Part shown: piece after piece, positions 46,298 through 56,085 of the stretch
Layout: each line of letters opens with the position of its first letter
How positions within the stretch are numbered: the first letter of the stretch is position 1
DNA from: Bacilli bacterium
GTDB lineage: Bacteria > Bacillota_I > Bacilli_A > RFN20 > CAG-826
Direction: 5' to 3'
Length of the DNA: 64,000 nt
Assembly: GCA_050952805.1 (NCBI GenBank)
Contig: JBMNLM010000001.1
Span: 6,451-70,450, forward strand
The notes under the pieces: generated by a model
What the model was told of the DNA's origin: nothing
Database searches by the model: none
The model's input: the letters and a program-made list of their open reading frames with translations, nothing else
Translations under genes and position numbers: made by a program

Positions 46298-47695
46298 ATG
46301 AAAAGAAAAAAGTGGTTAATAATGCTTCCGCTAATTCTAGCGTCTCTAGCAGGTTGTAATAAAAAACCTGAAGATTCCTCAAGTATTATTGATGATCCTG
46401 ATGGTACTTCTATTACTACGGAAGACTCAACTAACACCGAAGAAGAAGCTCACGAAGTAACTATCTACTTTAACTTAACGGAATACGGAAGATTAGATGG
46501 TGAAGCAGGTCATGAAATTCCTAATGTTGGTCTTCAATATGGCGTTGAGTATACTGCTATGTCAGGATCTTTACTTCCTGGAAGTGACCGTGTTACGCAC
46601 GCCTTAGGTGCAAAATTCCTTGGTTTTGCAATGCAAAATCCTCTAGGCGGAGGTCTACAAAAGATTACAAAAGTCCCTGGAGCAGATGGCGTAATCTTAG
46701 AAGCACAATTTGGTGAAGATGGCACAAGCGAAGGCGGTGGAACGACTGAACCAGTCGGTGAAGAAGGTGTCTATTTTGTCGTTAACGGTGAATACTTAGA
46801 ATCTAATCGCCTAACAGAAGGCTATAGCACCGTCCTAGAAACGGAAGAATATAGCTTTACAAACAAATACTTTGAAGCTGGCTTTACGTTTATGATCGGT
46901 TCACCTAATGACATAAGCGGACTAGGTGCAAATACGTATCCTACAAAACTTAGTGGTAAGGAAGACGGAATTGGCTACACCTTAAGTGCAGACAACAATA
47001 AACCAAACTTTACTTCTACATATCTCGAAGTTCTAGGTACACCAGATGAACAAGGTGAAAGTGAAGATGGTACGTTTATTAAGTACTTTGATAGTGAACC
47101 AGGACAACTTAGCTTTAAGACAAGCGGAGAATTTAATGTCTACGTTTCCTTCTTTGATAACTTTGGCTGGGTTAGAGTTTATGTAGAACCCGCTGGCGAT
47201 ATTGGCGGCGGAGATGGCGATGGTGATGGCGGTGAAACGACTGAACCAATCGGCGAAGATGGTGTATATCTTGTAACTGATGGTGAATACTTACCAGAAT
47301 ATAAACTTGCACTTAACACCGAAAGTTTAGACGGAAATACAGAATACTACATTACAGGTCTTACCGTAGAAGCAGGCTTTACGTTTGTCGTTGGTTCGCC
47401 AAATGATGTAAGTGGGTTAGGCGATAATGTTTATCCTACGTTTAAAAGCGGTAAAGCTGATATTGGCTATACGTTAAAACAAGACACAAGTAAGCCTAAC
47501 TATACCTTCGATCACCTTGAAGTACTTGGAACACCAAGCGATCAAGGCGATAGTGGGGAAGGAAAATGGTATGGCTTTGTAAGTCCAAATCCGCTTGGCG
47601 AACTTCGCTTTAAAACAGCTGGAACTTACGATATATATATTGCTGTTTATGATAATTATGGCTGGCTTGGAATTTACGTCGAACCAAGTGCATAA
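46298..47695 (+). CDS. internally duplicated surface lipoprotein, hypothetical
   Basis: LAGCNKKP lipobox. Two repeats of about 150 aa (TTEP[VI]GE[ED]GVY...YVEP[AS]) separated by a GGGDGDGDGG linker. Confidence 0.5.
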   Translation: MKRKKWLIMLPLILASLAGCNKKPEDSSSIIDDPDGTSITTEDSTNTEEEAHEVTIYFNLTEYGRLDGEAGHEIPNVGLQYGVEYTAMSGSLLPGSDRVTHALGAKFLGFAMQNPLGGGLQKITKVPGADGVILEAQFGEDGTSEGGGTTEPVGEEGVYFVVNGEYLESNRLTEGYSTVLETEEYSFTNKYFEAGFTFMIGSPNDISGLGANTYPTKLSGKEDGIGYTLSADNNKPNFTSTYLEVLGTPDEQGESEDGTFIKYFDSEPGQLSFKTSGEFNVYVSFFDNFGWVRVYVEPAGDIGGGDGDGDGGETTEPIGEDGVYLVTDGEYLPEYKLALNTESLDGNTEYYITGLTVEAGFTFVVGSPNDVSGLGDNVYPTFKSGKADIGYTLKQDTSKPNYTFDHLEVLGTPSDQGDSGEGKWYGFVSPNPLGELRFKTAGTYDIYIAVYDNYGWLGIYVEPSA

Positions 47696-47735
47696 ACACT
47701 AAAAATCACGCTAATACACACGAATTTATAATTTA

Positions 47736-47807
47736 TTAGCACTCACGCTTGACAAGTGCCAATGGTATGCTACAATATTTTTGGCACTTGTCTTTTATGA
47801 GTGCTAA
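47736..47807. promoter_or_regulatory. nested palindrome with CIRCE-like outer arms enclosing the clpB promoter
   Basis: Outer arms TTAGCACTC and GAGTGCTAA are separated by 54 nt. Inner arms are GACAAGTGCCAA and TTGGCACTTGTC. Confidence 0.5.
47749..47776 (+). promoter_or_regulatory. sigma-A-type promoter of clpB (TTGACA-16-TGcTACAAT, extended -10)
   Basis: Strong -35 and -10 hexamers, about 40 nt upstream of clpB. Confidence 0.5.
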
Positions 47808-47816
47808 AAGGAGGAT

Positions 47817-49940
47817 TTGATTATGATGGAAAATTTCTTTCCGGATTATAGTAAAGATGAAAAAATTCTCGAAAAATTCGGACGTTTTTTAACAGATGAT
47901 GCTAAAAAGAGTGATACAGATCCTATTATTGGAAGAGATGAAGAAATAAGAAGAATCATTCAAATTTTAGCTAGAAAAACAAAAAATAATGTCATTTTAA
48001 TTGGTGAAGCCGGCGTTGGTAAAACGGCGATTATTGAAGGTTTAGCCCAACGTATCGTAAAAGGTGATGTCCCTGAAACGCTAAAGAATAAACAAGTTTA
48101 TGAATTAGATATGGGCGCACTTATTGCCGGTACGAAGTTTCGTGGTGAATTTGAAGAACGACTTAAAGCAGTCTTAAATAAAATTAAAGAAAGTAATCAT
48201 GAAATTATTCTTTTTATTGATGAAATTCACTTAATTGTTGGCGCAGGTCGCGTTGATGGAGCGATGGATGCCTCCAATATGCTTAAACCTCTTTTAGCAA
48301 GAGGAGAAATTGATGCAATTGGAGCTACAACTCTAAATGAATATCGCAATTACATTGAAAAAGACCGTGCACTTGAACGAAGGTTCCAACCTTTACTCGT
48401 TCAAGAACCGAGTTTAGAAGATACCCTTTCAATTCTTCGCGGATTAAAAGAAAGATACGAAACTCATCACGGTGTAAAAATTACTGACTCTGCTTTAGTT
48501 AGCGCCGTTACTTTAAGCGATCGCTATATTACTGATCGTTTTTTACCAGACAAGGCACTTGACTTAGTTGATGAAGCGTGTGCAGCGATTCGAGTTCAAG
48601 TTGACAGTATGCCAATTGAACTAGATGAAATACGAAGAAAAAAACAACAACTAGAAATTGAGCGACTTGCACTTGAAAAAGAAAAAGATGATGCAAGTAA
48701 AAAGCGTCTTGCCGCGCTTTCTAAAGATTTAGAAAAAATTAAAAAAGAAGATGAACGCTTAACTAAACAATGGCAAAAAGAAAAAGAAGAACTAAGTGAT
48801 GTTTCTAAAGTTAAGAAAGAATTAGAAGAAGCTAGATTTGACCTTAACGTTGCATTTAACAGTGGAAATTACGAAAAGGCATCGATTTTGCAGTATCAAA
48901 CGATTCCTGAACTTGAAAAGAAACTCTTAGAAGAAAAGTCTGATGTTAGCGAAAATCGTCTTTTAAAAGAAACAGTTGATGAAGAAGCGATTGCAAAAAT
49001 CATTAGCAGAAACACGGGCATTCCTCTTTCAAAAATCATGCAAGGCGAAAGAGAAAAAGTTCTTAATCTTTATGAAACGCTTCAAAAGCGTGTCATTGGT
49101 CAAGATGAAGCGCTTCGTTTAGTGAGTGATGCAATTATTCGTCAACGTGCAGGACTTAATAATCCTAATCGCCCAATCGGAAGTTTCCTTTTCCTTGGGC
49201 CAACTGGTGTTGGTAAAACCGAAGTTGCTAGATCACTCGCGGATGCTCTATTTGATGACGAAAAACGCATAATTCGCATCGATATGAGCGAATATATGGA
49301 AAAATTTAATGTCTCACGATTAATTGGCTCACCACCAGGTTACGTTGGTTTTGAAGAAGGCGGCCAACTTACAGAAGCCGTAAGAAGACAACCTTATTCA
49401 ATAGTTCTATTTGACGAAATTGAAAAGGCTCACCCTGAAGTTATTAACTTATTGTTACAACTTTTAGATGATGGTAGACTTACGGACTCGCAAGGTCGTG
49501 TCGTTAATTTTAAAAATACGATCATTATTATGACAAGTAACATTGGTAGTGACTTATTCCTTAAAAACGAAGCGAGTAAAGTCAATGCCTTACTTCAAAA
49601 AGCATTCAAACCTGAGTTTTTAAATAGGGTTGATGAAATAGTCTTCTTTAACCCACTTAATGAAGAAGTTCAAAAGAAGATTACAGAAAAAATGCTTAAT
49701 GATCTTGTTGAAGTTACTGAAAACGCAGGTCTAAGAATAATGTATACCGAACGCGTTGTCGATTATGTTGTCGAAAAAGCTTACGCACCTGAATTTGGTG
49801 CTAGACCCTTAAAACGCTTTATTCAAAAACAAATTGAAACGCAAATCGCGGAACAAATTATTTCTAGTAAAGTTGACTTAAAAGTTCCCTATATGCTTGA
49901 CATTAAAGACGATAAAGTGATCCTTCGTCCCTTTGCCTAA
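47817..49940 (+). CDS. clpB: ClpB-type AAA+ disaggregase lacking the N-domain
   Basis: Two AAA+ modules, a coiled-coil M-domain and the sensor GARPLKR. 707 aa, as in Mollicute ClpB. Confidence 0.85.
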   Translation: MIMMENFFPDYSKDEKILEKFGRFLTDDAKKSDTDPIIGRDEEIRRIIQILARKTKNNVILIGEAGVGKTAIIEGLAQRIVKGDVPETLKNKQVYELDMGALIAGTKFRGEFEERLKAVLNKIKESNHEIILFIDEIHLIVGAGRVDGAMDASNMLKPLLARGEIDAIGATTLNEYRNYIEKDRALERRFQPLLVQEPSLEDTLSILRGLKERYETHHGVKITDSALVSAVTLSDRYITDRFLPDKALDLVDEACAAIRVQVDSMPIELDEIRRKKQQLEIERLALEKEKDDASKKRLAALSKDLEKIKKEDERLTKQWQKEKEELSDVSKVKKELEEARFDLNVAFNSGNYEKASILQYQTIPELEKKLLEEKSDVSENRLLKETVDEEAIAKIISRNTGIPLSKIMQGEREKVLNLYETLQKRVIGQDEALRLVSDAIIRQRAGLNNPNRPIGSFLFLGPTGVGKTEVARSLADALFDDEKRIIRIDMSEYMEKFNVSRLIGSPPGYVGFEEGGQLTEAVRRQPYSIVLFDEIEKAHPEVINLLLQLLDDGRLTDSQGRVVNFKNTIIIMTSNIGSDLFLKNEASKVNALLQKAFKPEFLNRVDEIVFFNPLNEEVQKKITEKMLNDLVEVTENAGLRIMYTERVVDYVVEKAYAPEFGARPLKRFIQKQIETQIAEQIISSKVDLKVPYMLDIKDDKVILRPFA

Positions 49941-49958
49941 AAGCATAGTAAGAAAAAA

Positions 49959-49995
49959 GAAGTGGTGATTAATTAATTTAGTCGCCACTTTTTTA
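49959..49995 (+). terminator. Rho-independent terminator
   Basis: AAGTGGTGA...TCGCCACTT followed by TTTT. Confidence 0.55.
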
Positions 49996-50195
49996 ATGCG
50001 AATTTGAAGGGTTTTTATAAATTAAAAGCAGTTTTGCAGCCTTATGATTTATTTTTCGAATTAAAAAACGCTCAAAGCCCACTACTTTTTATCTTAGTTT
50101 ATTGAAATTTTATTATGTTATAATAAAAATATATTTAAACACGAACAAAATGACTATGAATTAACTTTCGCTTTTTTCATAAAATGGAGGGAATT

Positions 50196-52688
50196 ATGAA
50201 TAAACGAAATCGAAGTTATTTAAAGAAAATGAGTATTATCTCACTTTTAACTGTTGCAACATTTGGAATTGTGATGGGGATAGCAAGTAGTAAACACCGC
50301 TTTGGTGTTCCTTACCAAGCGAAAAAACCAATCTCATTACAAACTGACAGAAGAATTTATGTAATTGTAGAAGGTTGGAGAGATGATGCTGCGTTTATTT
50401 CTTATCACGGTGGAAGTCCTGAAACGAGTGTTGCTCCTGAAAACGCTCGACCAATGACAAAAGTTCTTGATGATTATTTTCAAGGCCTCTATTACTATGA
50501 TGTTCCCGTTTCCCATACTCATATTAAAATTCATGAATTGGTTGACTCAACAAAAGCTAGTGATAGTAGTGAAGAAGCCCTAATTGCGCACACATACGCA
50601 GGTAATAATTACAAGGCAATTAAAGTTAACCCCTGGGTTAACGACAATGAACCAAGAAAGATTTATTACTGGGATACTGTTCCGTGTAATAGCGGACAAC
50701 TCGCCGCAATTCTTAGTCATATTGAAAGTTGCGAATCTTCTTACTCCTCTGGATATAACGCATATCCCCAACTTATGGATTTATTTGTTGACCCATCAAC
50801 TTTTGATGGCAATACACAAGTTAATGATAAAGAAGTACCAACTACAATTACAAATAAACTTAATATGCTCGAAAAGATGTATAACACTGAATACAGTGAT
50901 AGCCTTGATTGCTGTTCATTTACTGGCTACACAAATAGTGAACTTATCGAAGCTACGGTATTAAATAATTTCCATGATGGAGAAAGACTTTATCCGATTA
51001 CGCGAGTTACTCCTGTTGTTAACGGATCTCCTGTAACTGGACCAGGTCTTGGAAATTATTTAATAAATTATAACGTTCGCGCATCAACAAACTACGGGAT
51101 TGGAACTGATGGTGATGTTGCGCTTTACGTAGAAGAAAAGAACCGTGCATGGGCGACTGGCGCAGGTGGCGCTAACGATCAACATGCCGTTTCCGCTTAC
51201 TTATCAAGTGAAGTTAATACTAATGTTGTATTCGGCGCAACATACAACAAAATGGTTGATTTATTCGCTGATATTCTCGTGCGTTATTGCAAAGACACAT
51301 TAATTTGGTTTAATGATAAAGCTGCAACAGAAGCTCATGAAGCTAATAATCTAGCTCCAAATGAAATGCTTCTTACAAAACGAAATTGGTATTCCACTCA
51401 TGATACCGATCAATGGCTTGGTGAACGAATGGGTGACCTAGCTGTTCAAGTAACAATTAAGGCAAAACGCATGATTGCTGAAGCTGATCTATGTGGTACA
51501 GGTGGAGGCGAAATCGGTTCAAGTGAAGAAGAGATTTGTACATTTGATGGCTATACAAATTCAAGCCTAGCGACCTATGTTAATATTCTTCCAGAGATTA
51601 ACTATACACATCCAAAAACTGACGAAATTAAAAGAATTACGCCTATGGTATCAGGGGATGAATACTTAATTGAAGGCCTTAGAAACATTTATTTACCTGG
51701 TAATACTAGCGTGAATTACGGTATTGGAACGTATGGAACAATCGGCTTATTTGTAAATGAAGAAGATCGTGCACACTCGACTGGTTCAGGGGGAATAAAT
51801 GACCACAAAGCAGTGACAATTGCCCTTGCTTCTGCAGGCGATGCCCAAAACACAATTAGCGATACTGTCTTTGAACAATTAGTTAATTTAAGCACTGATA
51901 TTTGTCAAAGATACTGCAAAAAACGTCTCGTTTTCGTTGGTACTGAAAGAACCGACTTAGATAATTACGTTCAACAAGATGATGAATTAGTTATTTCTCT
52001 TCACGGAATGTTTTCTGATAGGGCCTTACCATCAGGAGATTTAATTAGTAAACTTCCTACTTTAGTTAATGAAGTTAACGCTAGATTAGCGGGGGGACAA
52101 TCGCCACAACCATTGGCGGCCCCCCGTTTTACAAATAGCCCATTAGTAGAAGTCACACATTTAAGTGCTAATAATTCTGGACTAAGACCATATCGAATTG
52201 ATCGAATTACTCCTCATTGTGTCGTTGGCCAACTAACCGCTGCTGGACTTGGCGTTTGGTTTGACCCAACAATTGAAGGAAGTAGTCAAAATGCAGCCTC
52301 AAATTATGGCATTGGTCGAGATGGTGAAGTTGGAATGTACGTTGAAGAGAAGAACATTAGTTGGTGCAGTTCTAACACTCATAATGATTCTCGGGCGATA
52401 ACAATAGAATGTGCTAGTGATACGACAGCCCCTTTTGCAATGTACGAGGTAGTCTATCAAAGCTTAGAAAACTTATGTTTCGATATTTGTAGCCGCTATG
52501 GCAAGACTGAACTTCTTTGGCTTGGAGACGACAAAGCTACAACCGAAAACTATCGTCCTTTAGAACATGAAATGTTAATTAGTGTTCATCGTTGGTATAA
52601 CCTTGAAAAATCTTGCCCCGGAGACTGGCTTGTCGCACGTCTTCCGGCTCTAGCAAGTAACGTAACTACACGCCTTCAAGCAGCCTAA
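50196..52688 (+). CDS. secreted/membrane-anchored protein with three repeats of about 190 aa (amidase_2/PGRP-like?)
   Basis: GGAGG RBS, with an N-terminal hydrophobic anchor. The repeat motif is YGIGTDG...YVEE.NRAW.TGAGG.ND. Confidence 0.4.
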   Translation: MNKRNRSYLKKMSIISLLTVATFGIVMGIASSKHRFGVPYQAKKPISLQTDRRIYVIVEGWRDDAAFISYHGGSPETSVAPENARPMTKVLDDYFQGLYYYDVPVSHTHIKIHELVDSTKASDSSEEALIAHTYAGNNYKAIKVNPWVNDNEPRKIYYWDTVPCNSGQLAAILSHIESCESSYSSGYNAYPQLMDLFVDPSTFDGNTQVNDKEVPTTITNKLNMLEKMYNTEYSDSLDCCSFTGYTNSELIEATVLNNFHDGERLYPITRVTPVVNGSPVTGPGLGNYLINYNVRASTNYGIGTDGDVALYVEEKNRAWATGAGGANDQHAVSAYLSSEVNTNVVFGATYNKMVDLFADILVRYCKDTLIWFNDKAATEAHEANNLAPNEMLLTKRNWYSTHDTDQWLGERMGDLAVQVTIKAKRMIAEADLCGTGGGEIGSSEEEICTFDGYTNSSLATYVNILPEINYTHPKTDEIKRITPMVSGDEYLIEGLRNIYLPGNTSVNYGIGTYGTIGLFVNEEDRAHSTGSGGINDHKAVTIALASAGDAQNTISDTVFEQLVNLSTDICQRYCKKRLVFVGTERTDLDNYVQQDDELVISLHGMFSDRALPSGDLISKLPTLVNEVNARLAGGQSPQPLAAPRFTNSPLVEVTHLSANNSGLRPYRIDRITPHCVVGQLTAAGLGVWFDPTIEGSSQNAASNYGIGRDGEVGMYVEEKNISWCSSNTHNDSRAITIECASDTTAPFAMYEVVYQSLENLCFDICSRYGKTELLWLGDDKATTENYRPLEHEMLISVHRWYNLEKSCPGDWLVARLPALASNVTTRLQAA

Positions 52689-52796
52689 ACTACAAAAATA
52701 CACGAAAATGTATTGATAATATGCTTTCTTAAGTCTTAACTTGTATTTACAAATTAATACTAATAAAGTAAAATTGTTATGAAAAGAGGATATAAA

Positions 52797-53720
52797 ATGA
52801 AAAAATTTCTACCAACACTTATTTCCCTTCTTACATTAGGGGTTTTAGTAGGCTGTGGACCAAAACCTGAACCATCCGTTAGTGATGATCCCACTCCTTC
52901 AACTGAACCAACTCCCGATACGGAAGTACCACCTATTGAAGAGCCAGTTAGTCCTACTTGGGAATTAACACTAGCAGAACCCTACACTGGTGATTACTGG
53001 GATGAAGCACTTAACAATGATTTAGAAGGCGAAGAACTACGCGCTCACTTAAAAGCATTTATGGATTCAAAAATTCATCGAATTACTTATAATCAATGTC
53101 AAGCTGCTCTAGATGAAATGGATAGAGATCCAAGAAATCCCAAAAACATCATTTCCCTTTATGACTTAAATTCGATTCCCAAAACAGAAAGAAACATCAG
53201 GTTTAATCGTGAACATACGTTCCCACAAAGTAAACTCGCTGATGGTGATGATAATTTAAGAGCAAAACCAAATACCGCTAATATTAGTAGTGACGTCGCT
53301 AACTTATTTTATTGCGATGCTAACTTAAACGAAGGTCGTTCTAACTACTCATATTGGGGCTTAGGCGTTAAGGAAAAATATTATAAATATTGCCTTAGAA
53401 ACACTTACGGAACATTAACTGATTCCTTTGTTTATCAAGGTAAATATAGCCCAACACCAAAAGTACGTGGTGAAATCGCAAGAGCGCAACTTTATATGGT
53501 CGTAATGTATCCAGAACGCTGCGGAATTAATGAAAATTTCGATATTGTCACGATGTTACAATGGAATTTAGAACATCCTGCTACAGTTGAAAGAGACTTA
53601 CAACGTCAAGCTGGTTTAGAAAAATATCAAAATTTACGTAACCCCTTTATTGATCACCCTGAAATTGGCTGCCGAATTTTTGGCTACCTTGATCCCGAAG
53701 GTCATGCTTGCGGAAAATAG
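52797..53720 (+). CDS. endonuclease I (EndA/Vvn-like) family extracellular nuclease lipoprotein
   Basis: LVGCGPKP lipobox, with NREHTFPQSK and LRNPFIDHPE motifs typical of the Endonuclease_1 family. Confidence 0.55.
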   Translation: MKKFLPTLISLLTLGVLVGCGPKPEPSVSDDPTPSTEPTPDTEVPPIEEPVSPTWELTLAEPYTGDYWDEALNNDLEGEELRAHLKAFMDSKIHRITYNQCQAALDEMDRDPRNPKNIISLYDLNSIPKTERNIRFNREHTFPQSKLADGDDNLRAKPNTANISSDVANLFYCDANLNEGRSNYSYWGLGVKEKYYKYCLRNTYGTLTDSFVYQGKYSPTPKVRGEIARAQLYMVVMYPERCGINENFDIVTMLQWNLEHPATVERDLQRQAGLEKYQNLRNPFIDHPEIGCRIFGYLDPEGHACGK

Positions 53721-53733
53721 ACTAAATACAAAC

Positions 53734-53764
53734 AAAAAAAGTTCACTTTTGTGAACTTTTTTTA
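53734..53764 (+). terminator. Rho-independent terminator
   Basis: AAAGTTCAC-tttt-GTGAACTTT followed by TTTT. Confidence 0.7.
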
Positions 53765-53785
53765 TAAATTAATAAGAGTGAATTT

Positions 53786-55084
53786 ATGAAAAAAGTAGGT
53801 TTAATATCTCTAGGGTGCGCCAAAAATCGCGTCGATAGCGAAATCATTTTAGCTATGCTCCAAGGTGCTAATATTGAAATTACAAATAATCTAGATGATG
53901 CAGATGTCGTAATTATAAACACGTGCGGGTTTATTAAAAGTAGCCAAGATGAAAGTTTTGAAGTTATTAGTAGTGTCTATAAAACTAAAAAACAAGTCTT
54001 AATTGTTGGCTGTTTAGTTAAACGCTTTGAAGAAGAAATTAAGGAAAGATTTCCTAATGCCTTTGTAGTAGGTATATCTAACTATGACAAATTACATCTC
54101 ACCTTAGAGGAAATCTTTCATACAAAAGTCGCTTCTTTTAATCCAATGCAAAGAGTTTATACAACACTTCCTTTTAGTGCCTATCTTCGTATTAGCGAAG
54201 GCTGTAACAATAACTGCGCCTTTTGTGCGATTCCTTTAATTCGCGGACGTTTTCGTTCGCGTCCTTTAAGCGAAGTAGTAAAAGAAGCACAAGAACTCGT
54301 AAAAAGTGGCAAAAAAGAAATCGTTATAATCTCGCAAGATACGACTAGATACGGAAGCGATTTAGAAGGAGACGTCAATTTATTAACGCTACTAAAAGAA
54401 CTTGTAAAAATTAAAGGAATCGTCTCACTTCGTTTACTTTATTTATATCCGAAGGATGTCACTTTTGAACTTGTCAATTTTATAGCAAGTAACCCTCTTA
54501 TCGCTCCTTATTTTGACCTACCTTTTCAACATGCTGGTAATAAAGTTTTGCGTTCAATGTATCGAAGAGATACGCTTGAGTACTCAAAAAATTTAATTAA
54601 CTATATTCGCTTAAAAATCCCGCATGCGATAATTCGCACGACTTTTATCGTTGGATTTCCAGGCGAAACTGAAGATGATTTTAAGACACTTTTAGACTTT
54701 ATTAAAGAAGTTAAGTTTAATCATCTAGGAGTCTTTACGTATTCTCGCGAACTTGGTACAAAAGCTTATGATTTTACTGATCAAGTTCCAGAAGACGTTA
54801 AAAATAGACGCAAAGAAATAGTAATGGAAACTCAAAAAGGTATATCGCTAACAAATAATATAAACCTTATTGGAAGAGAGTTAAAAGGGTTCATAACTTC
54901 TTACAATACTCGCCTTAAAATGTATGAAGTTCGTACCTACTTTAGTGCTCCTGACAACATTGATGGAACGATATTTCTTCGCACGAACGAAAAACTTAGT
55001 GTTGGCGATCCTGTTCTAATTAAAATAACAAAAGCTTTTGTCTACGATTTAGAAGGTACACTAATTAAAAGAATAAGTTCCTAA
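53786..55084 (+). CDS. rimO: ribosomal protein S12 methylthiotransferase (radical-SAM MTTase)
   Basis: N-terminal MKKVGLISLGCAKNRVDSE, the radical-SAM CNNNCAFC, and a TRAM C-terminus. 432 aa. Confidence 0.7.
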   Translation: MKKVGLISLGCAKNRVDSEIILAMLQGANIEITNNLDDADVVIINTCGFIKSSQDESFEVISSVYKTKKQVLIVGCLVKRFEEEIKERFPNAFVVGISNYDKLHLTLEEIFHTKVASFNPMQRVYTTLPFSAYLRISEGCNNNCAFCAIPLIRGRFRSRPLSEVVKEAQELVKSGKKEIVIISQDTTRYGSDLEGDVNLLTLLKELVKIKGIVSLRLLYLYPKDVTFELVNFIASNPLIAPYFDLPFQHAGNKVLRSMYRRDTLEYSKNLINYIRLKIPHAIIRTTFIVGFPGETEDDFKTLLDFIKEVKFNHLGVFTYSRELGTKAYDFTDQVPEDVKNRRKEIVMETQKGISLTNNINLIGRELKGFITSYNTRLKMYEVRTYFSAPDNIDGTIFLRTNEKLSVGDPVLIKITKAFVYDLEGTLIKRISS

Positions 55085-55174
55085 TTACCTCTAAATTTAC
55101 ATATATAAAATATAAGGATTATGATAATATTTACTTAGTTAATAATTCTACTTATTAGAAAGAAGGAAATATTC

Positions 55175-56056
55175 ATGAAAGCAAAAACAATTTTTCTAAC
55201 GATAATTAGTAGTCTTTTACTTATTAGTTGTAGTAAATCTGGCGTTAGTGAAACGCCAAGTTGTGATGAATGTGGAGAATCGATTCCCCCACTTAGTGAA
55301 ATCAGTGAAGAAGATATTCCAAGTGAAGGAACGAGTGAAACGACAAGTGAAACAACAAGTGAAACAACTAGCGAAACTAATAACGACTTTAACGGTTATT
55401 ATCGCGATTATAATTTAGCGTTAGAAGGCACCGCTTTAAGAAAAGAACTTAAAAGACGTGTTGATACAGGTTTTAGAGGGAAAACGTATCAATGGACAGG
55501 AATTGAAGCAGCTGACGAAGACATAAATAATAGTCGTAATGTCATTCAAATTTATAGTCGTATATCAATAGCAAAAAGTAAGCGCGTTAGTGGTGGTTCT
55601 ACAGGATGGAATAGAGAACACGTTGTCCCACAATCTAAATTAGGTTGTAAGGCATCTAGTGGTAGCGTTAACGCTTGTAGCGACGTTCATAACTTATGGG
55701 CTGCTGACAATAGAATTAACTCTGTAAGAGATAATAATCCTTTTGGAAAAGTTAGCGGCGGAAGTTACGTTTCTGATAGTAATGGTGTTAAAAGTGATTG
55801 CAAAACTGGAGGAGGATTATTTGAACCAACGGACGCTGCAAAAGGTGAAGTTGCTCGTGCAGTTTTATATATGGTTTTAAAATATGACTATCCTGTTAAT
55901 ATAAGCGGAAATTTAGACGTCCTTCGCGAATGGAATCGGACATTTCTACCTACGGAAGAACGCGAAGTAAGACGCAATAACGCTGTCTATAATTTCCAAG
56001 GAAATCGTAATCCCTTTATTGATTACCCAGAGCTTGTAGATGCGATTTGGGGATAA
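55175..56056 (+). CDS. endonuclease I family extracellular nuclease lipoprotein (paralog)
   Basis: LLISCSKSG lipobox, with NREHVVPQSK and NRNPFIDYPE. The linker contains (SETT)n. Confidence 0.55.
   Translation: MKAKTIFLTIISSLLLISCSKSGVSETPSCDECGESIPPLSEISEEDIPSEGTSETTSETTSETTSETNNDFNGYYRDYNLALEGTALRKELKRRVDTGFRGKTYQWTGIEAADEDINNSRNVIQIYSRISIAKSKRVSGGSTGWNREHVVPQSKLGCKASSGSVNACSDVHNLWAADNRINSVRDNNPFGKVSGGSYVSDSNGVKSDCKTGGGLFEPTDAAKGEVARAVLYMVLKYDYPVNISGNLDVLREWNRTFLPTEEREVRRNNAVYNFQGNRNPFIDYPELVDAIWG
55322..55381 (+). repeat. 12-bp tandem repeat (AGTGAAAC[GA]ACA x about 5) encoding a (S/T-E-T-T)n linker
   Basis: Read directly from the sequence. Confidence 0.7.
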
Positions 56057-56085
56057 AATAAGTATAATTAAAACGAAAGTGAGTA

